From IMG/VR virus record IMGVR_UViG_3300045988_180666: 31,872 nt of DNA; one strand, written 5' to 3'. This DNA is from a virus (lineage: Duplodnaviria; Heunggongvirae; Uroviricota; Caudoviricetes). Made by a program: the position numbers and the translations under genes. The notes beneath the pieces are model-generated. The model had not been told where the DNA came from and made no database searches. It was given only the letters and a program-made list of their open reading frames with translations. Below are positions 17,463 through 25,951 of this stretch, piece after piece (within the stretch, counting starts at the first letter, position 1; the number at the start of each line of letters is the position of its first letter).

Positions 17463-19064
17463 CTATAGCATGGAACCCGTGGCGATGTAGCCATCAGCCT
17501 GAGGGTATTTCTCCATGCCAATCATGAGCGTGTCGTAGGCATCGGAGCCATCGGTGCGAGCCTCCAACTTATCCTCCTCGGTCTCAGCCAGCTTCTCGCC
17601 TCGCTTATCCTTCTTGCCGTTGTAGACCCCGGCCAGGCGGATGGAGATGAGCAGGTCTTCGTTGTTCTCGCTGTTGATCATCGAGCGATGCTCAGCCTTG
17701 CCGAGGAACATGCGGTTGAGCAGAAGCATCTTTTCGAGATGTCCCATCGGGTTGCCCAGATAGACCTCGTTGACATACCAGCCATGGTCGGTGAGGTAGT
17801 CGGTGATGAAGGTATGGAAGTCATCGTTCATCAGGGCGTAGTTGTTGCCCACGAAGGTGGAGTCGTAGTAGAAGTTGACCTCTTTGCACCGATGGTACTC
17901 ATAGTACTGCATGAACTTGTCGAGCAGGGCTGGCAGCTTCTCCTCATACTTCACGAAGATGCTCTTGAGGCAGCGTGCCTCGCCCCGCAGGTTGTCTTGT
18001 CCGACGGCTATCCAGTTGATGAGGGCGTTGGCATCGAAGGCGATGCAGAGCGGACGGTCGGGGTCAACGTCGGCATCCATTCTGGAATCTACATGCTTGA
18101 GCTTGTCGATGTCGTAGCCCAAGCCATCGAGGTAGGCGAGGTTGGGCGCCGTGTATAGGTTGGCATCCCTGAGGTTGGAGTAGAAGCCATCGAGCGAGAT
18201 GGAAGGTCGCTTGCACATGATGGAGGTCTGGAAGGTGAGGGCAGGGAGGTCTCGCTTCATCTGCTTGATGAACTCCATGCCGAGCACCTCGATGTTATAG
18301 ACCGATGAGTACTCTTTATAGAAGAGTGCCTTGGAGCGCAGTTGCGCCAGGAGCTGACCAATCTCTCGGAGTCGGCGCTGGGCATAGCCTGAGACATGGC
18401 CCGAGGTCTTGATGCGGTTGCGTATGTCATACTCCTCTACCACGAGCGAGGCGATGGCGTCGATGAGCAGCTGGTCGCAGTCTTTCTTGTAGTTGAGGAA
18501 CCAGGAGCCCTTCTTGGTCACGGGCATATCAGAGGTGATGAGCATGCCATGGTGGTAGTAGTGCTGGCCGAAGAGGTTGACGTTGCCTCGATTGGCAGGG
18601 AAGGTCTCGTCTTTGAGCTGTTCGAAGTTGATGAACTTCGCCTCGTCGATGTCGAGGTAGTCGAGCGAGAGGGAGTTGGAGGTACCCTTGCGGTCTTGCG
18701 AGATGATGGTACCGATGGAGCCGTTATAGAAAGAGATGGTGTTCTCCCAGTTGCTGGGCGGTATGACCGGGTCGGGCCATCCCAGTTTTTTGGGAGGCTT
18801 GACCCCGATGAGATAATGCTTGCCCCGGTGGAAGCCCCATCGCTCCCAGTGCTGAAGCATCGACGGTATGGTGTTGGTGAGGCATCGCTTGGTGTTGGCG
18901 GATACGAAGCCGCCGTTGCTGCCAGGCATGCGCTGCATGTTGCGCAGGTTGAAGGTGGCGTGGAGAATGCTCTTGCCGATGCCTCGACCGCCCACGACCA
19001 CGTTGTCGCGGGCGGAGATGAGGTTGACCTCCATCTGGGCTGGGTTGAGATATTGATCTATCAT
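17463..19064 (-). CDS. terL: Terminase large subunit
   Basis: 533 aa. Walker A-like VVVGGRGIGKS near N-terminus, Walker B-like LDYLDIDEA. Size and position beside a small upstream gene with ATGA overlap fit a phage TerL. Confidence 0.75.
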   Translation of the reverse strand: MIDQYLNPAQMEVNLISARDNVVVGGRGIGKSILHATFNLRNMQRMPGSNGGFVSANTKRCLTNTIPSMLQHWERWGFHRGKHYLIGVKPPKKLGWPDPVIPPSNWENTISFYNGSIGTIISQDRKGTSNSLSLDYLDIDEAKFINFEQLKDETFPANRGNVNLFGQHYYHHGMLITSDMPVTKKGSWFLNYKKDCDQLLIDAIASLVVEEYDIRNRIKTSGHVSGYAQRRLREIGQLLAQLRSKALFYKEYSSVYNIEVLGMEFIKQMKRDLPALTFQTSIMCKRPSISLDGFYSNLRDANLYTAPNLAYLDGLGYDIDKLKHVDSRMDADVDPDRPLCIAFDANALINWIAVGQDNLRGEARCLKSIFVKYEEKLPALLDKFMQYYEYHRCKEVNFYYDSTFVGNNYALMNDDFHTFITDYLTDHGWYVNEVYLGNPMGHLEKMLLLNRMFLGKAEHRSMINSENNEDLLISIRLAGVYNGKKDKRGEKLAETEEDKLEARTDGSDAYDTLMIGMEKYPQADGYIATGSML

Positions 19065-19690
19065 AGTGCTTTGTCCTCCTTGACTTCTTCTGTAGGTGTA
19101 TATTCCAAGAGCTGTTCGTCGTAGTCCTCGGCCTCGATCTTGACGAGATCCATGGAGTTGTCGGTGTATTTCTTGACGAGCTTCTTGATGGTCTGCATCA
19201 CGTTAGGGATGCGCTTGAGACCCAAGTGTCGTGGGTCGGTGGTAGGGATGAAGACCTGAGGCTGAATCTGGTCGTAGCCGTTGTCGGTAGGATCCTCTTT
19301 GTCGAGCAGGTGATATTTGCCGTATGCAGCTGCGGCGGCAGCCATGGCTCGGGCATCGCCCATGGAGTCGGCCTTGTCGTAGGTGCGCTGTATCATCTGG
19401 TCGAAGCGATAGCGGGCGAAGTCTTTTGACACTTTTTGCAGGTTGCCCAATATGAGCTTGATGAGGTGCAGGTCGTTGTAAGCCATCATGCGCTGCACCT
19501 TGTAGTCGTGCATATCTTTATAGACCAGCTCTTGGTCGCTCTTGCGAGGGTTGATGAGCCACCAGGCATAGAGGGCACGGATGCGCAAAATGCGGTCGCG
19601 CACTGGGGCGGGCACATTTTGCGCATCCATCTCTTCGGGTGTGCGGTCCATCAGTTCGATGATGGCATCGATGTTGGCGGGTTCTCTCAT
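19061..19690 (-). CDS. Putative terminase small subunit
   Basis: ORF track, 209 aa. Directly upstream of terL with 4 nt overlap. Call is positional only. Confidence 0.45.
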   Translation of the reverse strand: MREPANIDAIIELMDRTPEEMDAQNVPAPVRDRILRIRALYAWWLINPRKSDQELVYKDMHDYKVQRMMAYNDLHLIKLILGNLQKVSKDFARYRFDQMIQRTYDKADSMGDARAMAAAAAAYGKYHLLDKEDPTDNGYDQIQPQVFIPTTDPRHLGLKRIPNVMQTIKKLVKKYTDNSMDLVKIEAEDYDEQLLEYTPTEEVKEDKAL

Positions 19691-19968
19691 ATTCTAATCT
19701 CCTCTAACATTTGGTTCAGATATTCGTGTGTGCGCTGCACCGCCTGTGGCGAGCCAGCCGCAGCCAGGTCTAGCTTGTTTTTGCGTATCTGCTGGCGCAC
19801 CGTCGCCATGCCCAAGTAATAGACACGGTGAAGCTCGGAGTCGGGCTTCAGTATCTCGTCACGCAGATCGTCCTCGCTAATATCCAAAAGGACGGACATC
19901 TCGGATATCGGAGTCAACGTCTCCGCGAAGTCTTGCACTTTTTTGAGTAATTCCTGAGAAATTTCCAT
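19687..19968 (-). CDS. Hypothetical small helical protein (start uncertain; possible DNA-binding)
   Basis: ORF track, 93 aa. Charged helical composition. Overlaps the upstream 191-aa ORF by about 92 nt unless translation starts at internal Met (about 19899). Confidence 0.45.
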   Translation of the reverse strand: MEISQELLKKVQDFAETLTPISEMSVLLDISEDDLRDEILKPDSELHRVYYLGMATVRQQIRKNKLDLAAAGSPQAVQRTHEYLNQMLEEIRI

Positions 19969-20452
19969 TGATTCTTAAGCTTTGAGTGTCACAATGAAGG
20001 GTATATCCGCCGAAGAGGTCGGCGAAGACCTGCGGGTCGGTGGTGATGATGGTTGACTCGTCACGGCTGCCGTAGGTCTGGTTTTGCGAGGTGACGACCG
20101 ACACGACGTGCTGGTCGTTGCGGAAGAGTGTCACCTTGGAGTGGTTTTGCCCCAGGAACACATCGTTGAAGCAGGTCTGCATCATGCGCCACAGCTGCAC
20201 GGTCTTTTTGCTCGCCTTGACATCGAGCAGCATCGTTGCCGACAGGATGCTGCCCGACTGGCGCATCAGGCGGAAGCCTCGCAGGAACTCCTCGGAGGTG
20301 GAGTAGGAAGACACCCACACATCTGCAGGGCCTATCTGGGAGAGAATCCACTTGATGAGACCGAGGGTGTGGAGGTGCCGCCCGAAGTAGGCTTGCGTCT
20401 GGGCATCGGCGATAGGACGGAGCAGGTCACTGACCTTGACCTTGGTCGGCAT
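19877..20452 (-). CDS. Hypothetical phage protein
   Basis: ORF track, 191 aa. No recognisable motif. Confidence 0.5.
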   Translation of the reverse strand: MPTKVKVSDLLRPIADAQTQAYFGRHLHTLGLIKWILSQIGPADVWVSSYSTSEEFLRGFRLMRQSGSILSATMLLDVKASKKTVQLWRMMQTCFNDVFLGQNHSKVTLFRNDQHVVSVVTSQNQTYGSRDESTIITTDPQVFADLFGGYTLHCDTQSLRINGNFSGITQKSARLRGDVDSDIRDVRPFGY

Positions 20453-21170
20453 TGGCGGCTAGCTTAGCCTTGGCTACACGGTCACGGTCGGCATTGGTAA
20501 CCTGGTATGAGTCGTAGGTGAGCATGTCGGCACGATAGCGCTTGTCGAGGTCGGAGAGTATCTTGAGAAGCTCGTATCGGTCGCATGGCTCAAGGCGCTC
20601 CATCGTCTTGAGCGTCTCGAAGGTCGATTTAATCTGCTTGTATCGCTTGGCGTTGGCATCCCAGAGAGCGGCAACCTCGGCAGGAAGGAACTCATGGTCG
20701 CTGCGCTTGCCCTTGCGGATGACCGCCACGCCATCGCTCTCGGAGGAAGGCAGCTCGGCATCATCGGTCGAGCCATCATCGTCGATGGAATCGGCATTTT
20801 TTGCGATTTCATTGCCATTTTCGTCGGTTTCATCGGTCTTTTTGGTCGTTTTCTCGGTCGTATCGGTCGTTTCTTCGGTCGTTGCCACAGGTACGCCCTC
20901 ACTGATGATGGCTTGCGCCTCTGGTATGACGATGGCATCCATCTGCTTGACCTCTTCGATGGTCATGCCATCGAGACGAATCTTCAGGAACTTATTCAGC
21001 TCATACTCGATGTTGGTGCGATAAACCTGTGGCTGTCGGGTGGCACGGAAATGGTAGAAGCGATTGCGGTTGAGACGGAAGAGCATGTCTGCGCCCTTGA
21101 TGATGTCAGCGTCGCTCTCGTGCTTGGCATTGAGCCACGCCTGTATCTGTTTGGTGAATTGATGATCCAT
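20427..21170 (-). CDS. Hypothetical phage protein with acidic Thr/Glu/Asp-rich low-complexity segment
   Basis: Track ORF 20427..21302. Start moved to ATG at 21170 (MDHQFTKQ...) because the track's upstream extension spans a terminator hairpin (21201-21229). Confidence 0.5.
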   Translation of the reverse strand: MDHQFTKQIQAWLNAKHESDADIIKGADMLFRLNRNRFYHFRATRQPQVYRTNIEYELNKFLKIRLDGMTIEEVKQMDAIVIPEAQAIISEGVPVATTEETTDTTEKTTKKTDETDENGNEIAKNADSIDDDGSTDDAELPSSESDGVAVIRKGKRSDHEFLPAEVAALWDANAKRYKQIKSTFETLKTMERLEPCDRYELLKILSDLDKRYRADMLTYDSYQVTNADRDRVAKAKLAANADQGQGQ

Positions 21171-21187
21171 ATATAAGAATGTTTTTG

Positions 21188-21229
21188 ATGAAAAGAACAA
21201 AGGTGGCTCAGGCACGAAGCGAGAGCCAC
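21188..21229 (-). terminator. Rho-independent terminator after capsid-region operon
   Basis: 8 bp stem GGTGGCTC (21201-21208) / GAGCCACC (21222-21229); plus-strand A-rich tract gives TTTGTTCTTTTCA on minus strand. Confidence 0.6.
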
Positions 21230-21286
21230 CTAAGCTTTGAAGTTTAAACCGTATGTAGTTATGCAAAAATTTGGGCAAATGAACGT

Positions 21287-21883
21287 TTATGCCGCCTCCC
21301 ATACAGAGCCATCGGAACCCTTGATGTCTCCGGACTCAGTCTCGATCTTGCCAGGATAGAACGGTGTAGGGCAGAAGTCTGTCGCCTCGGTGTTGACGGT
21401 CGTGGTGCAAGCATCGGTCACGCCGCTGCCTGATGCCTGGCTGACGGTAATCTTAGGTGCGAATGCCTCGCAGCCGATGAGACGGGCACGACCCTTGCGG
21501 TCTTGCACCATCATGATGAGCTCGTCGTTGATAGCCATGGTAGCGAAGCCACTGATGTCCTCGTCGGTACCACCCACCACGAACTCGCCTTTGTTGAGGA
21601 ACGTAGCGGAAGGTGCCTCGCCCTGAGTCTCTGCAGTAAAATTGCTCTTGGCATCTACGAGGTCGAGACTGTGCCACTTGGCATCGCTCGCCAAGGTGAA
21701 GTCGCCTGTATATTGAGCCAGCTTAGCTGGGTCTGTGGTCTCGTCAGTTGCCGCTGGCAATGTTGGCCAAGTCAGAATCTGACTCTTCAAGATGAAGAAA
21801 ACACGAGGGCGAACGCCTGGGGCTATGCGAGCCCCAGGACATTTCTTAACTGATTTATATAAATCTTTTGTATTACAAGCCAT
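21287..21883 (-). CDS. Hypothetical phage protein (possible head-associated protein)
   Basis: ORF track, 198 aa. Immediately downstream of putative major capsid gene. Followed by strong terminator. Confidence 0.55.
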   Translation of the reverse strand: MACNTKDLYKSVKKCPGARIAPGVRPRVFFILKSQILTWPTLPAATDETTDPAKLAQYTGDFTLASDAKWHSLDLVDAKSNFTAETQGEAPSATFLNKGEFVVGGTDEDISGFATMAINDELIMMVQDRKGRARLIGCEAFAPKITVSQASGSGVTDACTTTVNTEATDFCPTPFYPGKIETESGDIKGSDGSVWEAA

Positions 21884-21895
21884 AATTTTATCTCC

Positions 21896-21911
21896 TATAT
21901 ATAATAAGGTG
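21896..21911 (+). repeat. Copy a of 16 nt AT-rich repeat TATATATAATAAGGTG
   Basis: Exact 16-mer shared with 30310-30325; lies between capsid candidate stop and next gene start. Confidence 0.7.
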
Positions 21912-21916
21912 AAACT

Positions 21917-23035
21917 TTACTCCTTGCCCTCAGCTCCGGTATCGTCTGCAGAAGAATTCTTCTGCTCTGCATCGCTAGCTGTGTTGCTGCTTGCAGGATC
22001 AGCACCTGAACCCTTTGTGATGAGCGATGTGGTACCATCGTTTGTGATGAACAGGGCTCGTTCTTTATTGATGCTCTCGTACTGGCAACCTAAGAACTTG
22101 GTGGCGATGAAGTCGAGCTTCCAAGGGTGGTACTTTTCTACGCTGATCTTCTCCTCGTCGCTGTTGTTTGCCTCGTTGACACCCACGAGCATATTGTTGC
22201 GAGTGGTGAGCTGGAAGAACGGAGCGTTCTTCTTGTTGATGAGTGGTACCATCTCAACGTTGTCGAAACCCTCGACGGTGTTGTGGTTGTAACCGGTATT
22301 GTATGGCACATTGCCAAACTTATTGAGGTAGTTGCGGTTGTAGAGATTGATGAACGCCTGTGGAACGTAGAGATAAAGCTTCTCTTCGCCAATCAGTTCT
22401 TCGTCAGCCTCCTCGCAAATGGCCTGTGCGAAGTCAACGGCGTTATCGCTGCTGATATTCTTACCACTGCCCAAAATATCTGAAACTTTGATGAGGTTGC
22501 CGAGGTCTCGAGACAGCTTGCCATTAGTCAACTCAGTCTTGGCGATGGTATCGAAACCATTGAAGAGGTCTTTTGAGCCTTTGCCCTCGTCGTTGCGCAC
22601 GGCATCGAAGAGGTGGAGGTTGAGGTTCTTGCCCAGCTTGAGCGCCAAGAGCTGCAGCACCTGAAGGGTGATTGGCACGTTCTTAAGCGCTTCGCCATTC
22701 ATGGCGTTGGCCCCCCAAATGGTGGAATAAACTGAGTTCGGGGAGAACTTGATGTCAACGTTGCCGAGGAACACCTGCAAAGTGCGAGGTGTAATCTTTA
22801 CGCCACCATCGCCCACGCGGTTCTCGTCGTATGGACCAAACTCTGCGTTGCCGAGCAACTCGCCCACGGTCTCTGAAACTCTGATGCCCGGGCGCAGGGT
22901 CATGTACTTGAGTGACTGAGCCAAGCCTTTGGTAGGCATCGTAATCAACTTCGAACGGTAAGTTTTCGCAGTGTTCTGCAGCTGTACATCGACATCTACA
23001 GGCACAATGAATTTATTATCTGCCATATTATGCAA
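21917..23035 (-). CDS. Putative major capsid protein
   Basis: ORF track, 372 aa. Immediately downstream of the ClpP-like protease gene, which is the usual capsid position. Size fits HK97-fold capsids. No motif confirmation. Confidence 0.45.
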   Translation of the reverse strand: MHNMADNKFIVPVDVDVQLQNTAKTYRSKLITMPTKGLAQSLKYMTLRPGIRVSETVGELLGNAEFGPYDENRVGDGGVKITPRTLQVFLGNVDIKFSPNSVYSTIWGANAMNGEALKNVPITLQVLQLLALKLGKNLNLHLFDAVRNDEGKGSKDLFNGFDTIAKTELTNGKLSRDLGNLIKVSDILGSGKNISSDNAVDFAQAICEEADEELIGEEKLYLYVPQAFINLYNRNYLNKFGNVPYNTGYNHNTVEGFDNVEMVPLINKKNAPFFQLTTRNNMLVGVNEANNSDEEKISVEKYHPWKLDFIATKFLGCQYESINKERALFITNDGTTSLITKGSGADPASSNTASDAEQKNSSADDTGAEGKE

Positions 23036-24053
23036 ACTGATTTAAAACATCCAACACTTGATCTGAGCAGAAATCCTCGACCTTGGTGTCATCGACAGCA
23101 GTGTGCGTGTCGCCACCAGGCTCTCCCTCCAGATCCTTCACTTTATCCTTCAGGTCATCTCTCTCCTTTTCGAGATTCTTGACCTTAGTCTCTAACTCCT
23201 TCTTCTCGTCCTTGACCTTCTGAAGCTCTGTGTCTTTGTCGGTCACGGCCTTGGAGTCGGCAGCGATCTTATCCTCCAGTTTCTGCATCTGCTCCTGTGA
23301 GATTGTGCAGTTCTTTGCGGAATCTTCTGCCTCAATGCCCTCGATATTGAGGACATTGTTGATGTGAGTCCATTTTTTGATCATATTAATAATTTTATTT
23401 TGTGATTTATCTTTGCCGAATAATCGGTCGATGATGCTTGGCTTTTTATCATACCAGGAGTTAACAACCTCTGGGAGAACAGGAAGGTTGTTGTACTTGA
23501 TGAAGTCTTGCGTCTGCTCGGTGATGTCGGCAGGCTTGCCATCCATGGCTTCATCGACGAGACCCAGTTCGATGCACTCATCGACGGTGTGCCACATCGC
23601 TTCGGACATCACCTTGACGATGTCCTCGTGCTTCTTGCCCGAGCGATCGCAGTAAACGTTGGCGATGATGTTGTCGATTTTCTGCTGGTTCTCTTGCTGT
23701 TTTTGAAGTTGCTCGATGAGCGAGCCTATCTGCTCCTCGTTGAGCGCAGACCACACAAACTGCTCGGTAGAGCACTTGTGTACCAGGAGCAAGCTATATT
23801 TGCTCATGCGAATCTTGCTGGCACCCATCGCACAGATGGTGGCAGCAGAGGCAGAGAAGCCCGCCTGGAAGTCAACGGTCACGTCGCCATGGGACTTGAA
23901 CATCTGACAGATGGCGAGACCTGCGGAGACCTCGCCACCCAAGGAGTCGATGGCAACATCGACGTGCTTATCTTTGTTGGCCTTAAGAACATCGCGAACC
24001 ATGAGCTTGGTCCACGAGCCAATATATCCTGTGATAGAAATTTGGTACTTCAT
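23028..24053 (-). CDS. ClpP-like prohead serine protease with C-terminal coiled-coil (scaffold-like) extension
   Basis: 341 aa. DSLGGEVSAGLAI, GFSASAATICAMGA and LLLVHK resemble ClpP/S14 catalytic regions. C-terminal 100 aa is Lys/Glu/Asp-rich heptad-like (KVKDEKKELETKVKNLEKERDDLKDKVKDLE). Confidence 0.75.
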   Translation of the reverse strand: MKYQISITGYIGSWTKLMVRDVLKANKDKHVDVAIDSLGGEVSAGLAICQMFKSHGDVTVDFQAGFSASAATICAMGASKIRMSKYSLLLVHKCSTEQFVWSALNEEQIGSLIEQLQKQQENQQKIDNIIANVYCDRSGKKHEDIVKVMSEAMWHTVDECIELGLVDEAMDGKPADITEQTQDFIKYNNLPVLPEVVNSWYDKKPSIIDRLFGKDKSQNKIINMIKKWTHINNVLNIEGIEAEDSAKNCTISQEQMQKLEDKIAADSKAVTDKDTELQKVKDEKKELETKVKNLEKERDDLKDKVKDLEGEPGGDTHTAVDDTKVEDFCSDQVLDVLNQFA

Positions 24054-24074
24054 ATATCTTTGCGATTTTTACGG

Positions 24075-24084
24075 CGCAAAGATA
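24075..24084 (-). promoter_or_regulatory. Promoter -7 element for protease-capsid operon, embedded in a 12 bp-arm inverted repeat
   Basis: CGCAAAGATA about 22 nt from ATG at 24053; forms right arm of palindrome TATATCTTTGCG (24053-24064) / CGCAAAGATATA (24075-24086). Confidence 0.5.
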
Positions 24085-24113
24085 TATAATAATGTATAAG
24101 GATAAAAAAACTT

Positions 24114-24533
24114 TTATTGGATGATTTGGAGCGGTTTTATCACGTCAGACCATGTCACGGTATAAGTGATGAGCGATGAGTCTGTGTGTGAGCTTGGCAT
24201 ATTTTCGGTGCGAGTGAGCACCGGGAAGGGACGCTGGTCTCTGCCCAGAAGATAGGCGCACCCATCGGCGGTAGTCACCTTGTAGGCGAGCGGGTGAACC
24301 TCTGAGTCTATCTGCTCGCTCGACTTGAAGGTGAGCTTTGAAGTGAAAATGCGAACCTTGGACTCAATTTTGTCGGTGATTTCACAACTCGACGGCATTT
24401 TGCACTTTATCTGCTGGAAGACTGCACTTGCAGGAATGATGCAAAGATTTTTGGCTGGGAAGATGACAGCCTTGAGGTCATCGGCTCTCACGACCTCAAT
24501 CTTGATGATGTTTTTGATGTATGACATAAGCAT
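24114..24533 (-). CDS. Hypothetical phage protein
   Basis: ORF track, 139 aa. No recognisable motif. Confidence 0.5.
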   Translation of the reverse strand: MLMSYIKNIIKIEVVRADDLKAVIFPAKNLCIIPASAVFQQIKCKMPSSCEITDKIESKVRIFTSKLTFKSSEQIDSEVHPLAYKVTTADGCAYLLGRDQRPFPVLTRTENMPSSHTDSSLITYTVTWSDVIKPLQIIQ

Positions 24534-24612
24534 GAAAATTTATCTTTTTGTTTGGAATCGACGGATATTTCGGTTTTGTTCGGAGTTGTTTGCAGAGACG
24601 GAAAAATTTGTA

Positions 24613-25197
24613 TTAATCTTTGCTAAATCTTGTTGTAGATGTTAAATTTACGCCTCTTTTTGCGTGTTGATCACGCATTCTGTAGAAACATTGGCGTACG
24701 GTATCCTCGTAATCGATGCCAATGCCATGCTGTTCGCACCATGCCGAAATGAGCGATGAAAGCTTGCATGAGCGGTCGGCGATGTCTTTGAGCGAAGCCC
24801 AGAGATCCATCTTGAAGAGGTCGGAAATCATCTCTTTGACGGCACGTCTGGCACGTGGCCCGAGGTAGTTGTACTCTCGCACAGGCTTAGCCTTGGAGTC
24901 AGGCAGCTCGATGGCAAGATACTCTTCGGGATGGGTGAGCCATCGGCTCTGCTCGAACTCCTCGTCGTGGAAGGTATGCTTGACACTTTGGTGCAGTTGG
25001 CTGGCATCAGCCTGCTGCATCTCTTGGATGTTCTCTTGGTCGATAGGCGATAGGTTGACAACGGGAGGTCTGCTGGTGAACTTGCGGAGCACAGCCACCT
25101 CGTTGCCGATGGCAGGGAAGACCACTGGGTTGCCATAAGCTCGGTAAGCCCATTGTCTGATGTGGGTAGGAACTTTGATGTAAACAATTGGATTCAT
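24613..25197 (-). CDS. Hypothetical phage protein (about 194 aa)
   Basis: Track ORF 24613..25209 begins with a non-ATG start; first ATG at about 25197 (MNPIVYIKV...) lies about 20 nt downstream of TGCAAAGATA motif (25216-25225). Confidence 0.55.
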   Translation of the reverse strand: MNPIVYIKVPTHIRQWAYRAYGNPVVFPAIGNEVAVLRKFTSRPPVVNLSPIDQENIQEMQQADASQLHQSVKHTFHDEEFEQSRWLTHPEEYLAIELPDSKAKPVREYNYLGPRARRAVKEMISDLFKMDLWASLKDIADRSCKLSSLISAWCEQHGIGIDYEDTVRQCFYRMRDQHAKRGVNLTSTTRFSKD

Positions 25198-25215
25198 ATA
25201 GCTATGCAATTTTCG

Positions 25216-25225
25216 TGCAAAGATA
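25216..25225 (-). promoter_or_regulatory. Promoter -7 element for the 194-aa gene
   Basis: TGCAAAGATA about 20 nt from ATG at about 25197. Confidence 0.55.
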
Positions 25226-25339
25226 CAAAGAAAATTTGAAATAACTAACGATAATCGGTAAAAACTAACTTTTATCAGTAAATTTGGTGTGATATAATTT
25301 CGTCCGAAAAGTTTGTATTTTTGTATCGTACAAACAAGG

Positions 25340-25593
25340 CTCTGTAACTAGCTGATAATCAATACTATTTTTGTGATACAATTTTCTGATACAGAAATTG
25401 TAACTCTTTAGCTTTTGTAACTTGGGGTTTTGTCGAGGTCGAAGACCTGTAGGAGAAGGGGCTTGTTACAAACTTGAAAAACTTTGTAACAGAGTTGTAA
25501 CGCAACTTTGTAAACATCGGCAAGGCGGCTTAACTCCATCTTTTATAATTATTTACCTCTTTTGCCAACATTATGTTACAGAGTTACAAAGGA
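25340..25593. repeat. Iteron-like array of at least 9 TTGTAAC / GTTACAA elements in both orientations
   Basis: Copies at about 25343, 25399, 25416, 25464 (rev), 25485, 25496, 25507 (variant), 25576 (rev), 25584 (rev). Includes near-repeats TGTAACAGAGTTGTAAC and TGTTACAGAGTTACAAAG. Downstream of primase gene. Confidence 0.6.
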
Positions 25594-25733
25594 TTTGTAT
25601 AAAATAAAAGAAAGGGGTGTGGGGAAAACGATGGCACGGGGCGTGAAGGAGGATAGGGAAGGCCCATCGAGACACCCAGGACACCCCCATTGGCCAATGG
25701 AGGGGTAGCGAGACGAAACATCGCCCATGGCAA

Positions 25734-25770
25734 CGAAAAAAGGGAGCGACGGCCAATGCGCATCGCTCCC
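25734..25770 (-). terminator. Rho-independent terminator after primase-helicase gene
   Basis: 8 bp GC stem GGGAGCGA (25742-25749) / TCGCTCCC (25763-25770); plus-strand A-run 25736-25741 gives TTTTTT on minus strand. Confidence 0.65.
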
Positions 25771-25951
25771 TCGTAACATGGGAAAAGAATTATAAATCAG
25801 CAAAAATCTGCCTATGAAATCAGCCCTCGTCTGCTTGCAAAAATAGTGAAAAATTGCTTGAAAATTTAGCCGAAAATATTTGCATAATTCAGATATTTTT
25901 TGTACCTTTGCACTATAACTTGGGGCTATCTATTCTATTATATATGGATGG

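Noticed and set aside
20427-21302. N-terminal 44 codons of track ORF 20427..21302
   Set aside because: The extension spans a strong terminator hairpin (21201-21229) and begins with implausible sequence; the ATG at 21170 is the more likely start.
24612-24624. Plus-strand TATTAATCTTTGC resembling the promoter motif in the opposite orientation
   Set aside because: Spacing does not fit TAnnTTTG (one extra base) and it lies inside the 3-prime end of a minus-strand coding region; probably coincidental.
25571-25803. 61- and 75-aa minus-strand ORFs inside the GC-rich island between primase and iterons
   Set aside because: They span the terminator hairpin and iteron-adjacent palindrome, have Pro/Gly/Ser-rich low-complexity translations and no start context; more likely non-coding structure.
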